DNA from: Pseudovirgaria hyperparasitica
Taxonomy: Eukaryota
Direction: 5' to 3' (one strand)
Assembly (NCBI GenBank): GCA_010093815.1
Contig: ML996568.1
Length of the DNA stretch: 64,000 bases
Shown: piece after piece, positions 26,130 to 39,395 of the stretch
Numbering within the stretch: the first letter of the stretch is position 1
Layout of the letters: every line of letters starts with the position of its first letter
Position numbers and translations under genes: made by a program
Notes under the pieces: model-generated
What the model saw: the letters and a program-made list of their open reading frames with translations, nothing else
What the model was told of the DNA's origin: nothing
Databases searched by the model: none

Positions 26130-27389
26130 ACCCACCACTCTGGTCACTCTTCAGCCTCGACATATCACACACACACACACACTCTCTCTCTCTCTCTCGG
26201 GTAGATGTCGGATCTCATCAATGAAAAGATAAAGCCCATCTCACGGCCCTGAGTGAATTAATTAGCGCTTTTCAGACCTGGCCAGGCACAGGGCTGGTCG
26301 AGACCACATGCAATCAGCCCCCCCTTCCCCCATCTCACAGTCCAGCACCAGCACCAGCACCAGCAACAAACATGCCCTGTCAAAAGGTCCACGAGCGCAA
26401 GGCTGACATCCGATACCCTCTCCACAAAACCTCCCACGATAATACCACACACGCACACAACACAACACACACAGGCAGTCTGGCCCCAATGGTTGGTGCG
26501 GCAAGCATCGGGTCTTTTCCCCCAGCAAATCGCGCCGAATTCCCACCCCTCCCCCCTCGGCCTTTTTTTTTCCTTTTCTATTTATCCGGATGCCCAAACA
26601 GGACTACTTACTTACCTTACACAGTACGTGTATATATATATATATATCCCATGGGTCAGGCATCATATGAAACTCGGTCCGTGTCGATTCGGCCAACGAA
26701 TCACACCCGTGAGAAATTTACGAAAGATATATATAAAAAGACAAGGCAGCGGATAATAGTAAGCCCATGAGAACGTGGCATGTAATATGTGTGTAGGTGG
26801 GTGTTTCTTTTCTTAGCATCCTGTCGTGTCATGTCATCCTTCCAGGACTGACTGCCTCTGCCTGCTTCATGGCGCCGATCAGTATAAGTGAAGTCTGGAC
26901 TGGATCCTTCCGGCGGGCTGCGTGGGTTTGGTAACAGCGTGGGAGTCTGTCTCCAGCTAGTCTGGTGGGCGTCTCACCCCGTGGGAGTCTGGATGTTGTT
27001 AGTGGGAGTGCACCTTGAGTGGCAGATCTGATCGGCAGCAGCAGTCTGGATGTGTGTTTGCTGCGTGAGGTGCGAGATGTGAGGCGTGAGGTGTGTTGTG
27101 TCTCCTCCTCCAAAGCCTCGTTCCCCGAAGAAAAAGGACGCTAGACTCCCGAGGTCTAAACCCCGGCCCGACCCAACAACAACATTAATTCATCTGCAAT
27201 TACTCCGGTCACTTACTTTCCACATCATCACCCCATCTCTTCCACAACCCTCATCATTCACTCAAATCCACCACGACATCCCCACAACCTCCTCCTCCTC
27301 CTCCGTCAGCGAGCATCTCCAGGTTCCTCCAACCTCAGACCAACCTTACCCACAACCACAACCACAACAACACCACCACCACCACCAAA

Positions 27390-28150
27390 ATGTCCAACGC
27401 AACCGCCCAACGCATAATAACCCACATGAACACCGACCACCAAGACACCGTCCGTCCTCCCCCTTCTCTCCCCCATCCACTCACCACACCACCCAAACTA
27501 ACAAAACAAACCCCCAGCTCACCCGCTTCCTCGAACACCACCACTCCCTCCCCTCCCACCTCGCCCGCACCGCAACCCTCACCTCCCTCACCCCCACAAC
27601 CCTCACCATAACCACCACCTCTCCCCCAAAACAATACACCATCCCCCTAACCCCACCCCTCCACCCATCCCTCACCGACGCCCGCACCCGCCTCACAGAA
27701 ATGGACACCGCCAGCCTCGCCCACCTCCACAACCACACCCCCATAACCCTAAAAACCTACATCCCCCCAACCCGCAAACACATCCTCATCCTCGCCCTCG
27801 TCGCCCTCGGCCTCTTCAGCTTCACCTACCCGGCGCAATTCCACCCCTCACACCCACTCTACACGCTCATCTGGCGCCACACGCCCAACCTGGCCGCGAC
27901 GCTGAGTAAAGAGCGGAACGCGCGTGTGGGACTGGGGCTGATGGTGGGCATTCATGCGGCGGAGTGTGTGTTGATGCATTTTCGGAAGCTGAGGGTGCTG
28001 GGGGTGGAGACGGGGAGTTGGGTGTGGTGGGCGTGGATGGGGTCGACGTTTGCGGAGGGGTTGGGGTGTTTTGAGCGGATTAATGGGTTTGTGAAGGGGG
28101 AGGTGGCGGCGAGGAGGGAGGGGAAGGGGAAGGGGGGGAAGGAGCTTTGA
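27390..28150 (+). CDS. DUF2470-domain membrane protein; intron ~27449-27517
   Basis: RIITHMNTDHQDT|LTRFL...IPLTPPL...ARTRLTEM; C-terminal TM segments with IHAAE and W..STFAEG. Confidence 0.8.
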
Positions 28151-28195
28151 GGGGTGTGAGGTGGGTGTGAGGAGGGGAAGAGGAGGGGAGAGGAG

Positions 28196-28235
<40 letters not shown>

Positions 28236-28391
28236 TATCATCGAGTCTACTTGCCAGGACGCAGAAGGGGTGCGCGGTATAAGTCTATAAATCCATATAC
28301 TCACGTCGCAACGCTTCCATATATACTCCTTAATACAACCACCAAACGCCCCCCCTTTCCCCAATTCCACACCACCATAACTACAACACCC

Positions 28392-30504
28392 CTACGCCCC
28401 AACCTCAACCACCCGTCCAGCCCCCCACCCCTCCCCAAACTGCTCAATCTGATCCTGCGCCCTCGGCGCACCCACAAGCACAATCCCCCTCGGCACACGC
28501 ACATCCTCCACCCCAAAGCACCCAAACGTCTCCAACTTGCGCAGCTGCGGACACGACCCAAACACGCCCGCCACAACAGTCGTATCCACGGTGCCACAGA
28601 AATTGACATTCAGCGTCTGCAAACACGGGTACTGCTTCCGGCCGTCAAACACGGCGAGCCAGCACGCGAGGCTGATGTGCCGGCACGACGAGACGTCGAG
28701 GTGCTCTAGCTTCGACCCCGAATGCGTCATGAGGGCCTGGAAGCCTGCGTCGCCGAGACCGGTGGTGTCGGGCGGGCCGTCGGGGTTGCTGTTGTCGATG
28801 TCACGGGTGCTGTTCAGGTCGACGAAGCGTAGCGGGGGGTTGGTCCAGTTTGTGAAGAGGGCGGCGTAGGCGGCGTCTGTGCAGGCGTCGTTTTCGCAGA
28901 AGCGGAGCTTGGACAGGCGGTTGCAGGTGGTGTGGAGGGCGGCGAGGAAGGAGTCGTCTGCGTCGAGGGCGCGTTGGAGGGAGAGGGTTTGGAGCTGGTG
29001 GCCGATGGTGGTGAGCATGGCGACGAGGCGGTCGCTGGGGATCTCGTGGGAGAGGTGGAGGGTGAGGTGTTGGAGTTTGGGCAGGTGGATGATGTGTTCG
29101 AAGCCGGTGGGTGTGATTTGGCGGCAGCGCTCGAGTTTGAGGCGGGTGAGGTTTGTGCAGTGCTGGGCCATTGCTGCGACGGCGGCGTCGTCGAAGGCGG
29201 CGTCGAGCCATGTGAGCTTGAGGGTTTCGTAGTTTGCGCCGCGTTCCTCGAACAGTTTGATCCACATGTCGTTTGAGACGAGGTTTGCGGCGCCCAGCTG
29301 GAGCCAGGTTATGCCGCCTGCCTTTTCCTTCATGTACTCGACTGATGAATCCTTGAACTGGCAGGCGTTGTTGAGGACAAGTTTCTTTATGCGTGGAATG
29401 ACTGCGAATATTTGCTCGTAGTCCTCCGTCTCCAGGTCTGCGTTGTTGTCAGTAACATTACACCTCCATCTCCAGAACAATCACTTACAAGCTGCCTCGT
29501 GCACAGCCAGAGTATCGAGATCAGGCTGCAGAAACAGTCTCAGAGTCCGAGAATTCAACACCCTATTCTTGCCGAATATCTCGCCCAACCGGGTCAACAG
29601 GCCGACTGGCAAGTCCCCAAACTCCTCAATGTCGTTGTGATGCTGTGCGACCTTCTCGATACACAGCTGGACAAGCGTCTTCGCCCCGTTGCGCACAAGC
29701 CCGTCCAGACGATCACTCTCCAGCTTCCTCCGCTTTTTCGTCGCAGCAACCGGCTTCTTCGCCTTGCCAGCGAGTGCCTTCTCGTCCTTTGCCACAAGCT
29801 TCCCACACGGCGTACACAACAGCCCGCCGTCAGGGGCCGCTTTGCTGTACGGCGTGACCGTGAAACGCTTCCCACACGTCTCGCAGTTCTCCAGTTGCCC
29901 GGGCAGCTTCTTGGGTTTCTTATACATGTTCTCGAGTGCATCGTCATAGTCGCCATCACTCTCATCACTGTCGTCGTCTCCCTTTTTGGCCTTCTTGGCC
30001 TTCTTCTTGGCTGCTGCTTTGCTTTCCTTGACTTTGGCCACGGCCTTTTCCGATCTGCGCTTCCGCTTCTTCGTGCGCTCTATTGCGGCTTCGGCTGCGG
30101 CTGCTTCGGCGGCGGCTTCGGCGTCTTCCTCTTCAGCACCATCCTGGTTGTCTTGTCCGTCGTTTGCGGCTGGGTCCTCGGCTTCGGCTTGTTGGACGCG
30201 CTGCTGGTAGCTGTCTCTGATCTGTTGCGCGGAGATGTTGTTCGCCTGGGTATGATGTTAGGTGGTTTGTCACCAGGGCTTGGAAGGCGAGGAGAAGGCC
30301 GGGGCTTCAAGGACATGAGCATACTCACAGCAAGGAAATCCGTCAACGCAGAGTGACTGTCAATCGTGTCAATTGCCGGCATCCAAACACTCAGGATATA
30401 GGCTACACTTACGGCCCGCGAATGCGGTTTCCAGTCCGTCTGCCCGTCCTGTAGACTGTCTCAGTGCGGAACGGAAATGTGATGTGCAGAACAAATACTC
30501 ACAT
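28392..30504 (-). CDS. RAD7: DNA repair protein Rad7/Rhp7 (LRR); several introns, start codon split by intron 30449-30502
   Basis: Spliced N-terminus MTGRRTGNRIRGPHSALTDFLAANNISA; PGQLENCETCGKRFTVTPYS..LLCTPC; LRR region; FGCF near the end. Confidence 0.9.
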
Positions 30505-31212
30505 TTGTGCTACTCTAGATGGTTATTCCGTTCTATCGTAAGCGGGAAGTGGATGAAGTCAAAAAAGATGCGTACAAGAGTCTGAATTCGGGAGCCGTTT
30601 AGTTCAGGCGACAGCACTCGCCCCTCGCCACTTGCTCAGGCCCGCCACGGGAGTACGCGACGAGGCGCTAACGCGGTATCATGTGACCACTTAACGAGCT
30701 GCATCAGCCGCTCGGCCAATCAGGGGAAAGTGAGGGGATCGAGAATAAGACGAAAGAGGTGTGTCAGGATGCATGGCCGGAGAAGGCTATAATTCACTTT
30801 ATGTACAATGAAGATCACGAGTAGTCTTGAGATTTTGTCCGCGTAGCAGAACGAACGACACAAAATGCAGATGTGAACCAATGGCTACCACAACAAAGCG
30901 GACAACAGTGAATAAATGTGTTTATTTCTACATCGCACTGTGGAATGCGCCAAACAGACACTCTGCATACTCGAACACCAAACAACAATATCACAAAAAC
31001 CCCCGAACAAAGGCCATCCACGCGCCACCAAATCTCGAAAGCACTGATGAATCCACTACGTCATACCTAGCATCATACCTAGCTTTCCTCCAACACTTAC
31101 CTGCAGCAATAAGAAATATCAAACCCAACCTACCCTCCAAACTCCTACATACACCATCCCCTCACCCTACCTACCTACCTACACGCATCTCAACCCCAAA
31201 ACACAAACAACA

Positions 31213-32405
31213 ATGACATCAAACCTAATGACCACCGAGCCCGGCGGCGAGCAAACCCAGTACGCCATCTCTCCCCATCTCTCCCCTCCACCTACCGTCT
31301 AATTACTCACCAACAAAACATAGATACGAAGCCCAACACACAACCCAAGACCCACCAACCCGCGAACCCGGCCAAATGGGCACAAGCACCACCACCAACG
31401 ACGAACAAACCCGCCCCGAAACACGCAAGACAGACCCCTCAGTAGCAACGAATACAAAAGTAGCCAAGAGCGAGGCAATGCGCTTCGGACAGGCGATGAG
31501 CGAGGAGGGCGTGGGCGGGATGACGACGGTGGAGCGGAATGCGGGGAGTGCGGGGGTAGAGGGTGAGTTTCTTTCTTCTTGAAATTTCTGTTTTGATTCT
31601 CTGTTTTTGTGTTTGTTGCGAGGGTAGGTTTCTGGGTCGATGGTTGGGGCTGTGCTGTGTGAGTGAACTGTGCTGTGTGAGTGAACTGTGCTGTGCTATG
31701 TGTGTGGTTACATAGACTGGGAGAGTGGGAGTGGGGGTCCGTGGGGGTCCGTGGATACAAGGAAGACAAGCAAGACATTCCGACGACGGTCTGGAAGCCT
31801 GCCTGCCTGGGAATACCAAGCGAGACGAGCACTCACGGACCGCTTTTCGCAAGCAAGGGGCTGGCTCTTCAGCTTCATTCATTCATTCATTCATTCATTC
31901 GAATCATTCAAACAACGGCCCGGGGCAGCGGAAGGCGTCACTCTGCGATCATGCGGCATGCATACATGCATCATCATGCACCGCACCGCATCAAAGCGCC
32001 TCGGGTCGGGGGGAAAGCGTCCATCCAGTGTCCAGTGTCCAGACACCAGACCGGTTGCCTCGTTGCCCTCTCCTCGTCTCACTATCCTGACCACGCTCTC
32101 ACTATCGATCGGGCCGACTGGACAGCGGATACACGATCCAGAATACAGAACACGAGACACACGCACAGAACGCCCTAGATAACTACCCACCCCTTTTTCC
32201 TCCTAGTCTTCACACACGACCACATAATTCAATGCGCAAAGCAATACCGTCATGAAGAACGGAAAACTAACACCCAACAGGCGGCTTCGGCGATAACAAA
32301 GGCAGGGCACGCGACACTACCACGTCATCATCCTCGTCTGAACAGTCAAGGCGCGAAGCAGGCTACGACGCGTCGAATGAGCAGAGTAGGGAGATTGGAG
32401 GGTAG
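31213..32405 (+). CDS. Small hydrophilic hypothetical protein; introns 31260-31323 and 31563-32280
   Basis: Spliced: MTSNLMTTEPGGEQTQYEAQ...MRFGQAMSEEGVGGMTT...VEGGFGDNKG...RREAGYDASNEQSREIGG*. Canonical donors, branch sites and acceptors keep the frame. Confidence 0.65.
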
Positions 32406-32859
32406 ATGGAGGTTTGGATGGGCCTAGCTATGTTGAGCGTCGAGTTGATTGTGGAAGCTGTGCGTGGAAGCTGCTTGGTATAAATTCCAAGTACAGCTCC
32501 TCGGCTCTCAGGTCAGGCAAAGGCAAAGGCAAAGGCAAAGGCGAAGGCAAAGGCAAATAAGGCTGTATATACTACCAAGCAGATGAGTATATCAGATCAA
32601 TCAAGTCCAGAAACGTAGCTATGAAAGCAACATGTCGTCCTGCGAAACAATAATGTAAATGTAATATGTAAACTGTAATAAAAGTAACAAAACGCATGGC
32701 ACGCGACAGGAGAGGCGCAGAACAAGAAGAAGAACAAGGATAATCAACAACCAGATTTGCGCAAAAACGAACCGATCAGAGAGTCTCATTGCGACGGGCA
32801 GCATGGATTCATCCCTGGTGGGAAAAGGGTTACACGTTCGCCTCACGATTGCCCAATTT

Positions 32860-33110
32860 CCAGTCCACAGTTCACAGTCCACAGTTCACAGTCCACAGTT
32901 CACAGTCCACAGTTCACAGTCCACAGTTCACAGTCCACAGTTCACAGTCCACAGTNNNNNNNNNNNNNNNNNNNNNNNNNNNNNNNNNNNNNNNNTCACA
33001 GTCCACAGTTCACAGTCCACAGTTCACAGTCCACAGTTCACAGTCCACAGTTCACAGTCCACAGTTCACAGTCCACAGTTCACAGTCCACTTATATAGTC
33101 CACAGTCCAC
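32860..33110. repeat. 14-bp tandem repeat (TCACAGTCCACAGT)n spanning an assembly gap (N run 32956-32995)
   Basis: Directly visible; true array length is unknown. Confidence 0.95.
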
Positions 33111-33883
33111 AGCACCAGGAATAAAACCACGTGGCGACAATATATTATAATCAACCAATGAACGAATGAATAAATGCATGCTACAAAGCGAACAAACTAC
33201 CCATTCTGTATACATGCCATCCATCGCCCAGCAAGTGTTGCTTGCCGCCCAACACAATCTCAAAACAAATCATGCCCGATGATACATCTAATACAACATC
33301 CCGTAGTCTTGTACAACAACATGAACATCATCATAATCATCAAAGTCCATAAACACATGCACCCATGCACACATGCACACATGCAGAAGCCCGAAGACGA
33401 CACCAAAAAGGCAGCCCAACATAGCCCAATCTCCAATCTCCAATCTCCAATCTTAAAAGTCGTGAGACACAAGGGTCGAAAAAAAAGTAACAAGTACCTA
33501 GGTATCTGGTGGGAATATCGGCCGTTCAGCATAATGGAAAGTGAAGCGAAAGATTGGTCCTGGCGACGAGAAGAAGAATGGGTATATATAATAGAGAGAC
33601 GCCAAGCGCCCAACTAAAGAGAGAGAGAGAGAGAAAAAGAATGAAAGTAGGTATGGGATATATGAGTACAACAACATCAACGAGAAGAAGAACACGTCCA
33701 AAAATGCACGCTCAAGGTACGTACGCATCGCTATGCCCAGGTCGTCTCCACCGGAAAAAAGTCGCTTAGCTCATGAGGTCTCTCTGACAAGGGTCCAGGC
33801 ACAAGGCATTGGGGTAAGCCCGACAGGGAAGCAGTTGCGACCGGTCAAGGGCACGCCTGTCCATCGGGGCATTCCATGTATTT

Positions 33884-35806
33884 TCAATAGCGCGACGAGG
33901 GCGGAGGCGGTTGTGAATATGGCGTGGGGTAGTTGCCACCATACACATTACTCGTGCTGCGACTGCGATGGTAGTAGTCATCATCGTAGACTGATCTTGG
34001 GCCGGGTGGGTAGCTGCGGTCCACATCGTCGCCTGTCGGGCGGCGCGTGTGTTCGCTACGCTTGCTCTCAGCTTCCCGGTATCTGCTCTCCTCGTAGTCG
34101 TACATGTTCGAGGCGTATTGGTTCGCGGGGATATCGGTGACGCTGCTGTCTGAACGGTTGCCATAGCTCGCTCCCCTGCCGTAAGATGGACTTCGTCTTC
34201 GGCCGTTTGTGCTTTTGTATGCTCGAGATTGCCGAGAGCTGGACTGGCTGTAGTCCGCGGCACTCTCACGACCTGGCGAATATGCACTTGTTGCACTGGC
34301 ATTGGACTGTGATCTGTGCAGGCGATTGCCTTTGCTGTTTGATCGATCGTTGTCACCCTTGTCGTAGAATTTACCCGTACCTTCTCGAGCAGTATAGGGC
34401 TTCCTTTCACGCTCAATAGGTACTCCCACAGGCGTTTCGTGATCAGAGCTGTCTGCTGTATCACGACCAGGAGCACCTGAATACGGGCTCCGATCTCGTT
34501 CCAGCGTGGCCTGAGATTGCGTCGAGGGCTGAGAGTTGAGTGGTGGAGGTGGGGGAAAGGAGGTCGGTCTGTGGAGCGGCACTTTACCCTCACAGGCCAA
34601 CGTAGCACAGCACAACTGCTGGTACTGCATGTTGTCGGACTTTGGCAGAAGTCTGCGAGAAAGGGCCTTTGGAAATCTTTCCGTTGGTTTGTCCGGGTTG
34701 CTAATCGGCATCTCTTTTACGGCTTTTGCGAGCCGTTGAAACTCTACATCAGGATACGCTCGAATCATGGTTTCCATCCAGCGTCTGAATCCGTGAGGTG
34801 TCAATCCTGGAATGGATGGAGCATACTCGCAGCCATCGATCTCTTGGACCATGTGGTGTTGGCAACGAAGATCGCGATACATCTTCGATATAGAAGTATT
34901 TGGGAGTTTGCAGAAAATCTCTGAGTTTCAATCAGTAACGAAATAGAAATCTGTGGAGGTGCGCTCAAGACTTACTGCCCCACGGAAAGATCTCGTCATC
35001 AACCTGTGTTTCTCGATAGAATCTCAGCATCTTGTCAGGAGTCACTACAATGCTCTTCTTTGGCTCGTAGTCATCAATCTATCCGTATGTTAGTAAAAGA
35101 CTGGGCCAAGCGACGCCATGGTGCTACATACAAGGTGTTGTGCAAGACCACGCAAGAATTGATTGACTCTCGGAGTGGGAGTGCCATCTTCCTCAAATAA
35201 TCTCTCCCAAGTGTTCTCTAGTGGTGTAGCCTCGTTTTCGGGCGACACCTTTTGAGATATAACAGGACGTTCACGATCGCGCTTCGATTGGTCTGTACTA
35301 GTTTGAGATGTTGTGGACATGGTGCGGTGGACCCGGTCTAATCGAGGTGTAGGCGTCTCGTCCTGGCCGTCGAATGCAGATCTTTGACGTGGTGAGTCCG
35401 AGGCATTTGAATAGTCGCTCTGCCGGGTGGGAGAGGGTGGTGTGTAGACATTTCGAGACGGAAACGAATCGGGAGTAGACTCTTTCGATTGAGGAAAGCG
35501 ATGGATGCCAGACGACTTCAAACTATCAATGACTTGTTTCGACACTTGCTCGGTGATGATTTTGATCAGGTTTGGATCGACTTCGCTAGCAGCTTGAGAC
35601 CTGTCAAACGCCGTTTGGACGGCCTGGGCAGCATCGTGTATGGGCTGTGCTTGGTCTGAGATGACTGAGCTGGCACAGGACGAACCGCGAGAGCGACGCT
35701 GTTTGTTGTCGTGGGCGCTATCGTAGCGTAGTGCATCGCTGTGGTCCTGCGACGTGTACTGCGAGCGCTTGTCGGCATTTGGGCTTCTGTATCTGTCGTA
35801 GGCCAT
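33884..35806 (-). CDS. Conserved fungal protein, DUF7514-like domain with low-complexity Ser/Pro/Arg flanks; 2 introns
   Basis: WERLFEEDGTPTPRVNQFLRGLAQHL|IDDYEPKKSIVVTPDKMLRFY...SKMYRDLRCQHH...PSIPGLTPHGF..WM...PDVEFQRL. Confidence 0.75.
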
Positions 35807-38800
35807 TTTACAAGTCCTACATGAAGTTTTTGTGCGTCGGACGAAATATTGCAGGAGCAGGCGTGCGGATGGCAAATCAAGGTTTCGCTAATACCCGTCC
35901 GTCACCGCAAGTGCAGCATGTATGCGAGGCTAGATTGACGGCCCGGAGTGGTAGATATGACAGTCAGATGGAGATTGAAGAAGACAGGAGGATGAAGGTG
36001 GAGAGGAATTGGGTTTGTCTCGTTTGCAGAGTTTGTTGGGTAATATGTCGTTGGGCAGGTGCCAACTTTCTGGAGGCGTGTGAAGGGGAATTGTTTTCCT
36101 GGTACGACAGCTGGCGTGGGAACGGTCCCAAATGGCCAGGGTTCAGGGTCAGGAATGATAGGGTTTGGCTAAGCTGTCGCACATATAGGTTCCAGGTTGC
36201 AGTAAAGTAGGCGTAAGACTGAAAGATCAATGATATTGGATATGATAGGAAGAGGAAGAGGAAGAAGAGGAAGAGTGTTTTAAGAGGAAGGGAGTGTAGA
36301 GACTGGCGACATGCTATAGTGGAGTGGAGTAGTAGCATGAGGAGGTATAGATAGATAGTAGGAGTAGTAGTAGTATTAGTTAAGGGCCGTTAGCTAGGTC
36401 GTCAGGTAGGTAGAGAGCAGCCCACACAGCCCACACAGCCCACCAACCCACAGCCCATCGCCGGTAGCCCATCGCCGGTAGCCCATCGCCGGTAGCCCAC
36501 AGCCCATAGCCCGCCTGTCCACCCGCCTGTTGACCCGCCTGTCCACCCACAACCCAGCTAATTATCCTCCCTGCCTCCATCCCTCCCTCCTTCAGGCTTC
36601 ACCATGGCATGATGATGGCTTTTTCATGACCGGCCCCCTCAAGAGAACTGCGTCATCAGCTCCCAACATCAGTGATTGGGGGGGGGGGCAGCCCAAAGGC
36701 GTAAAGATAGGTAGTAGTAGGTAGTAGACTGATAACCCTGCATGACTACCTAGCTGTTTGCAGTTATTTACATACATATATTCCTATCCCGAACTGAATG
36801 CGTCATTGGCCACCTATCCACCTATCCAATCCTCACTCTCCATTACGGACATGTTTCAATGATACTGATCATCTCATAAGCAACATCCCTAGTATCCTCA
36901 TTGGCGCTTGAAACAAAGGATTTCCAACCGCTTCTTCCCTTTCCTGCCACAGCCCTTGCATTCCCATTTTTGGCACGTTGGCGCTCTTAATGCTTATGAC
37001 TGACTTATGCTCGTCGGTCAAGCCCGCTGTGGCCTGTAAAATTAGCCGTCGTTGATAATAGGTCTCGTTTCTGTATACATCCCAGGTAATTATGTGTGCA
37101 TGTTGAATTGTTTAAACACCGCACCCGGTCTCTCGCATGCTGTTCATGCAATGCCGCGGCCGCTACCGCTTCACTCACTCACCACCACCACCACCACACT
37201 GCCACCAACCACCATCATCATCATCATCATCATCATCACCGCCGCCGCCGCAGTACGTGATCGCTGTTTGGCTGTTTTATCCCGATTGTCATGCCCATTG
37301 CCACCGGTTTGTTTGATACCTAGGTAAGCTGCACAAGGAGACGGGAGCCTGCGTACCCCGCATCCATCTTTTATCGTCTGATCGCTCTCAAGCCTTCCTT
37401 TTCCCCCGACACACAACTCAACTCCTCACCATTCTTTGCTGTGGCCGGTAGCCTTGCAATGAATGGATTGGAGACATGAGTCTACAGCCCTGTAACGTGT
37501 TACGTTTGTGAACGTCCGACTTTGCGAATCGCAACGCAACGCCTCCCATCTTCCCGCATTGCACAGCCTGGTCATCGCACTCAGACCATCTGTCCTTGAT
37601 GTTTCAATTGCCAGTCCAGCGTGCAACACTGTGATACTTCAAGTTTAGAATGTTTCGACTGGATTAGTGTGCTTGCCGCGCGTGGCAGTACGCTGACAAC
37701 TCGTGGCTTTCACGAGTGCGCCTAAGCTGTCTCTCCGCATCATCTGCCGCTAATTACCCTCTACTTGGCCGCATGGATGATGAGGACGGTCCGCCATTGC
37801 CATTCAACCCGCGATACCGATCCCGTTTTGTGGAGATGCCGTTCAACGCTGTTCACCGGCCGCTGGCCTGTTCACATCTCGTAAAGAAAGAAGTGCGCCA
37901 TCTCAGCTGCATCTTGACTGGCACCTTGGCCGTCACCGGAAGCGTGAGAGAGGGCTCGAGCTGGCGTATCGTTGCTTTGCAACCAGCCTACCACCACGCC
38001 AACTTGGCTGTAAGACACACGCCTGCAGGGTAGCCATGTTGGCAGCAGGCTCGACACGAAAATGTCGTGGTGAGGAGCCGAGTGATCAGCGGAAATATTC
38101 TCGGCGACTTCTGGTTTTCACACACCCTCAAAGATATCATCGAATCTGGCAATCTACCTGATGCAACTCTCATCAAAACAACTTATAGACCAGGTATTGT
38201 AAGCCGAGCCACATAATGTCCGGTGAAACTATGCCAGAGTGAGACGAATGCGCCTACCATTCCATTCCTCGGCATCCTCCTCCTCCTCCTCCTCCTCCTC
38301 CAACATTGCTGTCATGCGTTAAAGTTAAGAGCCTCCAGATAGAGTGGCGCTGACCGCTGGCGCGTCGCAAGAGGCTCCACTTGCTGCTGGTATTCGCTAA
38401 TCCCATGCCATGGAGAGAAAATCCCTCTTCAGCGCCGCAACGGCGGAGCAAGGGCAGCACGGAGATAGAGTGAGATGTGATCTATCTATATATACGCCCT
38501 TCCGCGTCGGCGGCGTCACTGTTTGACGTGAGGACGTGTCCAATGTTGTGGAATGGGTGGAATGGACTCATCTGTTGGATCTGTTGGATGGGGGCGTGAG
38601 AAGAGTGGGTACAGGCCGGAGCGAACTTGACATGAAACTTAGTATGTTTGAAGAAAAGTGACGACCAATCAACGCCGGGCTTGGCTCAACAGCTTGCCTG
38701 CGTGCCTGTGTCCTGCCTGTGTCCTGCCTGTGTCCCTACTACACCACCACTCACCCTTCTCTTCTTACTCCCTTTGTGCCTTCACCGTCGATTTATTGTC

Positions 38801-39395
38801 TTTCCATCATCCACCGACGGGACTCTGTCGACAGAGCTGGTGTTGAGTTGAGTGTGTTGTGTGTTGTTTTCTCTTCGTAGACGTTTTCGTCCTTCTTACA
38901 CCACCGTTCCGACTCCACGGGTTCAGGAGACAAAAAGAACTCCGCTCCCAAGCGCCCAAGCCTACTCATCGAGCCAGCGTTCAAACAATCTCGTTTCATA
39001 TTCCCTCCGATCCAGTAACGAACCACTTGACTCCTCGGTTCCCGTTTGACTCGCGACACTCGCCTGATCACATCCTCCACTGACGCCGACCGCCCTAAAG
39101 ACTGTCCTCTGCCCTTCTCGCCGCCATTTCCAACACCTAGAGCCATCGTGTCACCTCGTCAGCAGCGAACGCTGCCGCTCTTCCGACCTTCTCCCACCCT
39201 TTGTGACACGAACATTCACAGACGATTTACGCTCAAGCACAAGATCTACACTTCACTCGAGAGTTCAATACCGCGGGTGTTCGCAATGACATTTGGTGTC
39301 CACAACTTATAATATCTTCGACTGCGAGGATCATACTTCACAGCTCGTCCGAGTGTTCGACCGGGGCAACACAGCAAACCTTATAATATTCATAC

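Noticed and set aside
32860..33110. CRISPR-like or telomeric array
   Set aside because: Pure tandem repeat with no unique spacers, not TTAGGG, and the context is eukaryotic.
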